Of a stretch of 64,000 bases of DNA, positions 9,901 through 16,210 are shown piece after piece. The stretch's first letter is position 1. Each line of letters starts with the position of its first letter. Under the pieces are notes generated by a model that was given only the letters and a program-made list of their open reading frames with translations, did no database searches and had not been told where the DNA came from. Location: IMG/VR virus record IMGVR_UViG_2857898870_000003, positions 1,009-65,008 of that record. The stretch is one strand, 5' to 3'. The position numbers were made by a program, and so were the translations under genes. This stretch comes from a virus.

Positions 9901-12900
9901 TACTTCTACCGGGGAGATAGTCATAGTATCACCTAATTCCACGTCCGTAGGTGACGCTCAAAGGACTTTCCTCCATGAGGTGGTAGGGCATCATGGGTTA
10001 CGTGAGCTATTCGGGGATGATTTCGATACTTTCCTTGATAACGTGTATCGGAACGCCAACGAGGATATCCGGAAAAATATCATAGACCGGACTAAAGGCA
10101 ATCCTCTTAACTTGCGTGAGGCTACAGAGGAATACATCGCTGAATTAGCGGAACGTGGTTTCGATAACAAGGCCGAGCGTTCGTTATGGGAAAAGATCAA
10201 GGACGCTTTTCTTGATATGTTGAGAAAGGCCGGTATTAGCCTTGATTTCAAGTTATCGGATAATGACCTCCGTTATATTCTCTGGAGAAGCTATAAGAAC
10301 TTGGAGCAAGGAAACTTGATGGATGTGGCTGAGGATATCGTGATGAGAAATAGATTAGGTCTTAACAATATAAATTTGAACGAAAATGGATCAATCGAAA
10401 GAGATATTGAGCCTAAAAAAGGAAAACAACCTTCTGAAACAAAAGGTACTGGAAGGGAACTCGAGACAATCGAGGGCGTTAATGAGAACGGAAACGAAAG
10501 TGAACGAGACCATATCGACAAACCAAGGGGAGTTGAAAACGCTATTGACGGAACTGAAAACGCAACTGACCGAAATGGAAAAAAGGCTGATGGCCAAGTT
10601 GACAACGATGGAGACCAACTTGACGGAGGAGATACGGTCGATAGGAACGGAAGTGTCCGGGATGAAATCGACGGTGAGCGGACTGTCATCGGACGTGCAG
10701 GATCTGAAAACAAGGGTAGAGGCGTTGGAGAAAGCGTAAGGGAAAAGACGGATGATTTCGCTTTCGCAGAGAGAATAAAGAAAGAAAATGATAACATCCG
10801 TTTCCGGGAGGCTAAATCGGAGGTGGAGAACGAGGAGCCTTTGAATAAGGAAATGGTTGACGCTTGGGATAAAGTGGCATCTTCAGACAGTTTTAAGTTC
10901 AAAGAGGCTATGGTTGACTCTTTAACAGCTATAGATGAGTTCTTGAAATTATTGGCCAAGAAAACCAAATCGAAGATACTGGATTACGAGAACCCATATT
11001 ACGCTCTTATAGCCTTGTCTTCAAAGAATAAGGCGGATATGGATAGTTTCGACTCTAAATTCCTGAATCCTTTGAATGAGGCTATAAGGGCATTGATAGG
11101 TGATGTCTCTGAGGTGTCCAAGAAAGGTTTAAGAAGAACTTGGGATTGGTCTAAAGGGTCATTAAGGGATTTGGTTAAATATGTACAATCTAAACACGGT
11201 ATCGAGAGAAACCGTGATATGTCCGTAAGGGATGGCATAGAAACTCTTAAGGCGTTTGACGTGGACGCTTTGTCTAAAATGGGGGTTATTTCCGACTCTG
11301 ATCTTAAAAACGCTAAAAAAACAGCGGAAAAGGTTGCGGAGGAAAAGGGGAGTGAGGCTTACAAAAAGACGTATGACAAGGTTTTTGGCAAGGAACTAAA
11401 GAAAGGTGTTGATAAAGGTAAGGCTGAGCGTTCTGCTGAGATAGCCGCCGATTATCGGAAATCATTTGTCAAATCCGAGATCTATAACAAGGAGATGGAT
11501 AAATATAAAGAAAAGGTGACCGGAACGTTGATTGATAGGTGGGAAGATTCAAAGAAAGATGTCCTTAATAAGGATCTAGCGTGGGACGAGGAACAAAAGG
11601 AGTTGGATAGAGAGGCATTGTCATTCCAATGGAAGTTAGGCGATAATTCTTATGGTGTGATTCTAGGAAAGGACTATAGTGGTTTGTCTTCAGTGTTTAA
11701 GCCTTCGGAGGATGGAGCGAATAAAGATAAATGGCTTTCTGACGCTTATGATTTCGTGAGAGATTATGAGTCTACCCACAATATGGTTTTAGTCGATAAT
11801 CTATGGGATAAGGTTCATAACGTGTCAGAGTATACGTTAAGGAGGCAGTATGAGTCCGGGCTGATAAGCAAGTCCTATATGGATAAGAACCTTTCCCGGT
11901 TTAAGTACTTTATCCCGTTGAGAGGTTTCTCCGATAATATTGCCTCCGATGTTTATGATTACATAGACGCTACGGAGATAAAGATGGGAAACCCAGTGAA
12001 GACCGCTAAAGGACGTATCTCTGAGGCTGATAATCCTTTCGCTGGTTTGATACACGTTGGATACGGATCTATTACCGCAGGAAATAGGAACTTGGCGAAA
12101 CAACGTTTTCTCAATTTAGCTAGCAATCATGACACTGGCGGTCTTATTACCATAGATAATATCTGGGTTCGAAATGTCGGTACCGAGGAAAATCCGGAAT
12201 GGGTGGAGTCCATTCCGCAAATACCGGATAACGCTTCTGGCGAGGAAGTGGCCAAGGCGGTGAAAGATCATGAGGAAATGATGAGAGAGCTTAGAGAGGA
12301 AGGTAAGGCTGAGCTGATTAAAGGAGGTCGATCGGATATACCATATAAAACATTGTATGACCAGAGAAGCCAGCATCAGGTACAGGTTTTCGTGGGAGGT
12401 AACAGGTATGTCATGACCGTTAATGGCAATCCCCGATTGGCGCAAGCGGTAAATGGATTGACTAATCCGGATGTGAAGGATGATCTCGCTTACGTCGTAG
12501 CTAGGAACTTGAAAACATTTATGGCCGGAGCTTTTACGTCCAAGAACGTGGCGTTCTCGTTTGCCAACTTGATAAGAGATACGCCTTATGCCAATAACTC
12601 CGTGTTTGTGACGGAGAATTTTAGGTATTTCAAGGATTTTTCAGGGAACCAGAGGCGAGCGTTATTTGGACTTCGGAGTTTAGGTCGTAATCTGTATAAA
12701 TACAGAAGGGGAGAGATAGATATTTCTGATAAGGAACAGGCGATATTTAAGGAGTTCATGGATAATGGAGGGGCTACTGGATATACGTTCGTGGAGACGC
12801 AAAAGGAATACGCCAAGGATTTAGCGAACAAGTTAGAGAAACTTTCGGATGGTAATATTGGGAAGTTATCCCCAAAACAACTAGTCTCTACTGTATTTGA

Positions 12901-14263
12901 GTGCTTTGAGTTCATGGGTAACGTAGCGGAACTTGTGAACCGATATGCGGCGTATAAGACGAGCCGGGAACATGGAAGATCCATTGACCGGTCAATCAAT
13001 GATGCCAAGGAGGTATCGGTTAACTTTAACAAGAAAGGTGCCGGAAAGAAAACGAAGAGCGATAAATGGTATATTAACACAGCAGCGTGGATATCTGAGT
13101 ATGGAAGAGATTGGGTGTTGTTCTTTAACGCCGCCGTTCAAAGCATGTATAAGGAATATTCCATGCTGAGAAATCATCCAATTAAAGGAATAAGTTCCCG
13201 TATAGCCCCACTAATATTCATGGGATCGTCTGTCTCGTTGCTCAATAATCTGTTTATGCCTATGCTCTTCGCTTATTTGGGATGGGATAGCGATGATGAT
13301 GATAGGGATTATTTTGATTCATTGAGCGATCATGAGAGACAGAATAATATATGTATTCGTTTGACTCATGGTCGTTGGCTCAAGATTCCGTTATCTCCGG
13401 AGCTTGCCAATTATTTCAAGATCGGAGATATAATTGCCGGGCAATTATCCGGTAAAAGGGAAGTGGAGGCTATGGATGTCGTTAAGACAGGGATTGATAT
13501 GGTGTCCCCGTTAAACATAAACTGGGAGTATGATAGTTGGAAGTTCGCTCTAAATCTCCTGCCTACGGTGGTTCAGCCTATCGCCCAAAACGCCTCTAAC
13601 GTGAATTTTATGGGTAATCCTATCTATAAGACCTCGATGAACAAGGCTAATGATTATGATCCGGAGTACACCAAGGTCTACAGGAGTACCAGTACCACCA
13701 TGGTCGAGTTGTCGAGGGCGTTTAACTCGTTAACGGGTGGCGACGATGTCAAGAGAGGCACGAGCTTTAATCCGGCTACTTGGCAGAACATTCTTTCTGG
13801 ATATACAGGAGGTTTTGGTACTGTGGCATTGGGCGTGTCTGATTTAGTCCTTGATATGCTGTCCGGAGAGGATGGGGATATGCCGGTGAGTCGTTATCCC
13901 CTGTTAAGCCGTTTCTTGACCGGAGGGGACAAGGATTTGAAGCTGAGCCGGATGAATTCCATATATAACAAGAAGGTCGTAGACTTTGTCACGGGAATGG
14001 ATCATGATTACAAGGGATATCTAAAGAAAATACAGGATACTTCCGTGGACGATTTCGACAGGGCCGGATATATGGTCAAGTTAAACCAGCTGACCGGTAG
14101 CGATGATTATAGGAGATCCATGGAATTGTCACAGTACGTGAAGGCCATATCCGATATGGAGAGGTTCCTTCGTGAGGTCGGTAGCGATAATGATTCCCTA
14201 GAGAATCAAGTGTATGAGCTAAAGCTACGGGCGTTGGAGATATTTGAGGATGAGGATGAGTGA
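3938..14263 (+). CDS. Giant 3441-aa multidomain protein (candidate packaged/ejected polyvalent-type protein); function unknown
   Basis: Uninterrupted 10,326-nt ORF starting 5 nt after the previous gene. Contains an N-terminal tandem ~28-aa repeat (KLYDALKSDGYTDLGDFSSFEGKL / MLYEVLKKDGWQDLGDFSQFESKL), a HEVVGHH (HExxxH, non-canonical) motif near aa 2000, long acidic/Gly-rich disordered linkers, and many globular segments. Size is comparable to phage polyvalent or virion-injected giant proteins (established concept), but no domain could be assigned with confidence. Confidence 0.65.
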   Translation: MEGNNTRKLYDALKSDGYTDLGDFSSFEGKLKDSGKREMLYEVLKKDGWQDLGDFSQFESKLGYAPINNENIKETDYDSQSSVNPAPIALRQEVDVPMKDQSEYVNPWTNSPDYNFESLRKKGKIETATPPPPTEYEKDSSFMNTWAGDAIQKLNAGGADLGAGIFGVLDKESKGLESATGGLISRGGAFKDISDRFKADAEFSRARSNRYNGKDFTDLWKEGNYMGAIGDIALQGVESLPMSIGAMAATMAGAPAAGLAGIGSIVASQKYDDLDQNNPNMEEFAKVSNAILTGTAESLSEMLGAGVSKAWMSTLFKTLGKEKAQEAIKRGIMGKMQEYYKKFGMFFEPVNEGIEEVSSTLAENITDKITDADPERDLTDGVLQSFVYGMGGGAYFTGTGALAKGAQYVADKIGGKQAQQPITDPNVTDQGVETPPLSRFAEAEEEGRNMTDPGDIRTASKKMEETRLSLSGMVPGLASTIESYVDDGASEAQVMSLLDGVNADARPLAEDFYADYLRISGLQDRIGDEIDNEVETYVANNITPYVTTNPEGQSIVTMATLSEGNEKIPVYVRSIEGDKAVISDNGQDRMVSAKRLSDIVEQDAGRMRRTYEDQLLATRQSELDMAMNHNPKTQLPKPGLVIWNGDNAFILQGQDENGDWIAQPAALDKETGQVAPKAGSAPAMPIAERDILALQDAMYDAQQANEVSQDIDNVTSVDSDITSVSPVAATITQPTSEIETEGAIDQIAQPSNVENPSMVMREDGTPDFVSSGTDMALDFLHDKYGEKMPRKIEVTRKSFDESLKKASDALEKAQEAYDDAPIGKEDKAEAALIKARQEYEAIKVEADFWANLDDDIKEASKKPGDVIAKEISVIGDPMSGEELAAMMLANGAIKLTRDSYKKETGAGNNETARMFGLFASPEKGGVNIERAGEILELADRENGTNFFDENDTNAGRDAIIEVLSSAHTRGDLIDYVKRNREAIAERERQAEYNAYAEWCEENYHMSPEEYEAYEESMVRDFSEKQLTDEERGELDSQIVDEIQAIIDEQNEIDAILAQNKPIENENIEGNDESGGDGLREGGGEVLPREQLDQTGGTGEVEGRESAGPDIDRTDGATQEGSSRGLVPFVAPSPKENETPLDYAERIVQAKRLHDEELKVDTNPSEAQKEAGNYKKGHIKINGFDVSIEQPVGSVRSGKDASGKEWSQVMNNTYGYIRGTESVDGDHIDVFLGPDMNSDMVYVVDQVNTDGSFDEHKVMMGFSSLEDARSAYLSNYGEGWQGLGNITGVALDEFKKWIDSSIRKTKPFSEYKGIKREEDIAPRKVKKLSLVDKDDYITSAERKHIKAFLESGLKEARVNNSIYEISNIGDDGVYEIVRRFNYTDPLTLVKDENGKLVNKRGEGEHVIRVKPTFEEIRPDSGIRFREVKDKNGEKSLVGLHNISEEKLRKALRQGGFANPSAAVIDISRQSHTGYGSISLVLPSSMIEKRTGKNAGTWSQDAWTPIYPTIERQFSGKGSDAFSKDLQKLPEEMRSTTKSGMNSYMDGRGEDSLAYMYLYEQGKAPEIARTKPSYPEKTRTEVEDATNGSFSMSGLSDKQLSRLKDAYMEYKGFSTEGYNEAIKLRRAKLEEAIGKMNPRSILYEKRKMDLERIDKYGFDYSAVESFMKSVRDDISNSDKVDAHGTMRDSWNFIEENGMRGDFNKWLDKLNERYGIKEIIFNGFTPSGIRKYIPNTLENVSKFMKKQGRSASVGIGASFQNFAASLLDAKGSLKDIRKDKGKLTTDHADVDAFRDKWSKVFHELGEKLQPDAKGYDDYGLYRLAEAARSKDPQKYIKEEYGIDFSDEDVKTLNEMVDAIRNEYPAMYFETKFERPVYLEEFAAAVVPDNVDGDIRKAIYDAGLKIFTYKADDEISRNEAVKQASEIDGVRFRSIGDKGAANLNKAETIESSINDWSNKLNTPVRVIHDVDDITDTDENMLARKRDSKGWYDTSTGEIVIVSPNSTSVGDAQRTFLHEVVGHHGLRELFGDDFDTFLDNVYRNANEDIRKNIIDRTKGNPLNLREATEEYIAELAERGFDNKAERSLWEKIKDAFLDMLRKAGISLDFKLSDNDLRYILWRSYKNLEQGNLMDVAEDIVMRNRLGLNNINLNENGSIERDIEPKKGKQPSETKGTGRELETIEGVNENGNESERDHIDKPRGVENAIDGTENATDRNGKKADGQVDNDGDQLDGGDTVDRNGSVRDEIDGERTVIGRAGSENKGRGVGESVREKTDDFAFAERIKKENDNIRFREAKSEVENEEPLNKEMVDAWDKVASSDSFKFKEAMVDSLTAIDEFLKLLAKKTKSKILDYENPYYALIALSSKNKADMDSFDSKFLNPLNEAIRALIGDVSEVSKKGLRRTWDWSKGSLRDLVKYVQSKHGIERNRDMSVRDGIETLKAFDVDALSKMGVISDSDLKNAKKTAEKVAEEKGSEAYKKTYDKVFGKELKKGVDKGKAERSAEIAADYRKSFVKSEIYNKEMDKYKEKVTGTLIDRWEDSKKDVLNKDLAWDEEQKELDREALSFQWKLGDNSYGVILGKDYSGLSSVFKPSEDGANKDKWLSDAYDFVRDYESTHNMVLVDNLWDKVHNVSEYTLRRQYESGLISKSYMDKNLSRFKYFIPLRGFSDNIASDVYDYIDATEIKMGNPVKTAKGRISEADNPFAGLIHVGYGSITAGNRNLAKQRFLNLASNHDTGGLITIDNIWVRNVGTEENPEWVESIPQIPDNASGEEVAKAVKDHEEMMRELREEGKAELIKGGRSDIPYKTLYDQRSQHQVQVFVGGNRYVMTVNGNPRLAQAVNGLTNPDVKDDLAYVVARNLKTFMAGAFTSKNVAFSFANLIRDTPYANNSVFVTENFRYFKDFSGNQRRALFGLRSLGRNLYKYRRGEIDISDKEQAIFKEFMDNGGATGYTFVETQKEYAKDLANKLEKLSDGNIGKLSPKQLVSTVFECFEFMGNVAELVNRYAAYKTSREHGRSIDRSINDAKEVSVNFNKKGAGKKTKSDKWYINTAAWISEYGRDWVLFFNAAVQSMYKEYSMLRNHPIKGISSRIAPLIFMGSSVSLLNNLFMPMLFAYLGWDSDDDDRDYFDSLSDHERQNNICIRLTHGRWLKIPLSPELANYFKIGDIIAGQLSGKREVEAMDVVKTGIDMVSPLNINWEYDSWKFALNLLPTVVQPIAQNASNVNFMGNPIYKTSMNKANDYDPEYTKVYRSTSTTMVELSRAFNSLTGGDDVKRGTSFNPATWQNILSGYTGGFGTVALGVSDLVLDMLSGEDGDMPVSRYPLLSRFLTGGDKDLKLSRMNSIYNKKVVDFVTGMDHDYKGYLKKIQDTSVDDFDRAGYMVKLNQLTGSDDYRRSMELSQYVKAISDMERFLREVGSDNDSLENQVYELKLRALEIFEDEDE

Positions 14264-14303
14264 AAAGATAGCGGGTGACACCAACACCACCCGCTATATA
14301 AGC

Positions 14304-14513
14304 TTAAATTTCTTTCATTTTATCTTTTGTCTTGTTATATGCCCATTTGCATCCATAATAGGCTATCCCAGTAGATGCAAGCAAGATAAATGTAGGTTTA
14401 AGATAAAATTCTATATCAAGTATACCTAATAGTATTGTTATAATGGCAAAAGAGCCAAAATAAAAGATAATAAAAGCAACTATAACAGCTAAAACTGGTA
14501 AGATTTTTCTCAT
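14304..14513 (-). CDS. Small membrane protein (69 aa, 2 predicted TM segments); moron
   Basis: Hydrophobic ORF (ILPVLAVIVAFIIFYFGSFAIITILLGIL) in an AT-rich segment, on the opposite strand to both flanking blocks. Confidence 0.35.
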   Translation of the reverse strand: MRKILPVLAVIVAFIIFYFGSFAIITILLGILDIEFYLKPTFILLASTGIAYYGCKWAYNKTKDKMKEI

Positions 14514-14525
14514 GATATTATGTGT

Positions 14526-15131
14526 TTAAAGTCTTAAATCTTCTTTCTCCGGTAATAATCCATATTTAAAAAAAATATATATTTGGTCATCAAACAAATC
14601 ATATACCTCTTTATGTATTTTAGCCCCTACAATATATAGCATATTCCGATACGCATATAGATAGTTAACGGATACGTGGATTATCGGGTCTTTGTATCTC
14701 TCGTCCTTGAAATATGAATTATATACATATTTTATAGCGTGCTTCCCGCAAAACATACAGTTCTTGAACTCAGTGATCTCGCAGATCTCTCCGGTCAACT
14801 CGCTAGATCTCTTAGTCGATATTTCCATCATTTCCTTTAAAGCGTCTTTTGCCGGCCAAATATCCTTGTCCTCGATCGGGCTTACGTCTGTAATATTCAC
14901 GAATGCGATAGTCCCGCTATTAACTTCCTCCACCTTGAAAACGGTATGCTCGGCATTGCCTGTCGTGATCTTCCACTTAAATAAGTCCATATCAGGGAAT
15001 TCCCAAGTGAACCTGTACTTGAAATTGGAATATACATAGTTCTTGTTATCCCATCTGTAGTCTTGACATATACAGTATTGGCAGAATAACAATGCTAATA
15101 AAATCACATATGTTAGTCTCTTCATTGTCAT
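14526..15131 (-). CDS. Secreted protein (201 aa) with N-terminal signal peptide; moron
   Basis: MTMKRLTYVILLALLFCQYCICQ signal-peptide-like N-terminus, AT-rich codon usage, several Cys. Co-oriented with 14304-14513. Confidence 0.45.
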   Translation of the reverse strand: MTMKRLTYVILLALLFCQYCICQDYRWDNKNYVYSNFKYRFTWEFPDMDLFKWKITTGNAEHTVFKVEEVNSGTIAFVNITDVSPIEDKDIWPAKDALKEMMEISTKRSSELTGEICEITEFKNCMFCGKHAIKYVYNSYFKDERYKDPIIHVSVNYLYAYRNMLYIVGAKIHKEVYDLFDDQIYIFFKYGLLPEKEDLRL

Positions 15132-15416
15132 TCAAATTTATGAGTACTTTGATCTAGTATAAGCGCTTTTTTAGATATTTTATCTACCAGAATGTATTCC
15201 TTGACACTTGAATACCTTTGTGTCTGCACGTAATTCCATGCTATGAAAGCAAATATGAACATCAAAATCACCTTGAATATTCTGTATGTTTCCTCGCTCA
15301 TGTTTTATGTATTTATATTTTTTGCAAAATTACCCAATCTTCACATCTGTTATCCCGCAGGAGGCATGTTTTACGGCATATTTTATTTTAGTTTTATCCC
15401 GAGGAATAGTAAAAAA

Positions 15417-15458
15417 TTAAAAACTCCCCAAATCCTCACGGACAAGGGAGTTTTTATT
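15417..15458. promoter_or_regulatory. Stem-loop (10-bp perfect stem AAAAACTCCC/GGGAGTTTTT) with conserved loop motif AATCCTCACGGAC, followed by a T-run
   Basis: Read directly from sequence. The same loop motif recurs at 15508, 15582, 15744, 15827, 54531-54557 and 61062-61090. Confidence 0.5.
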
Positions 15459-15929
15459 ATTTAACTATAATCTATATGAATGGTTTTCAGACAACCTTAA
15501 ACGGTCCTATCCTCACGAACGAGAGCGTTTGTAATATCTAAATCCATATCTAAACAAAGACATACTTAATCATCATCGCCGATCCTCCCGGAATAGCAAC
15601 GGTGGGTATATCCGTCTTAAAATGCTTCCCAATACCACCCAAGGGAAGCGGGAAATATTTATTCAAACTATATTTTATGCCATAAGGAAAGGAGTGTGCC
15701 CCCATCCTCCAAAGCTATCCCCTTGACATAAATATACCTCTGGTTCTCACGAATGAACGGTATGACATTGATAAAATTATTTTATGAATACAACCTAGTG
15801 TAATATCTTTAAGTAATGACTCCAGTCCATCACGGATGAGAGCCATAAGGGGTTATAAATATATAACATACCATATACGCATAAAAAAACGTGGTGCCGT
15901 CACAACTACCAAGACCCGGCGTCCCCACG

Positions 15930-16027
15930 CCAACATAACAGGTAGTAAGCAACGGCCCACGTCTTATATATAGATTATATATACAAATAACGTGGGCGTA
16001 TTGTTGCTATCGGCTCCCTGTTATGTT
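15930..16027. repeat. Large imperfect palindrome (about 31-37-bp arms) around an AT-rich palindromic core
   Basis: Left arm aacataacaggtagtaagcaacggcccacgt (15932-15962). Right arm acgtgggcgtattgttgctatcggctccctgttatgtt (15990-16027). The arm ends aacataacagg / cctgttatgtt and gcccacgt / acgtgggc are exact reverse complements. Spacer cttatatatagattatatatacaaata. Confidence 0.5.
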
Positions 16028-16210
16028 TATAAATTTGGGGAATTTAGGTCTTTATAGGAGACGATATCTTTAACGCCACAATGTGTGTCACGTCTTACAT
16101 TCTAATCAGTGACTACGCGAATATACTCTATTTATTTTATATTAGTAAAAAATAAGTCGTATTTTATTTGTCTAATATTGATTTTTACAGGGAAAACGTT
16201 CATGCGCACG

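Noticed and set aside
9946-9966. HEVVGHH motif in the giant protein as a zincin metalloprotease active site
   Set aside because: The spacing is HExxxH(H), not the canonical HExxH. Without structure or profile support I do not call a peptidase domain. Mentioned only as a possible metal-binding motif.
15243-15464. 73-aa + ORF in the non-coding region downstream of terL
   Set aside because: Very AT-rich, purely hydrophobic/low-complexity translation. It ends inside a terminator-like hairpin. Likely non-coding.
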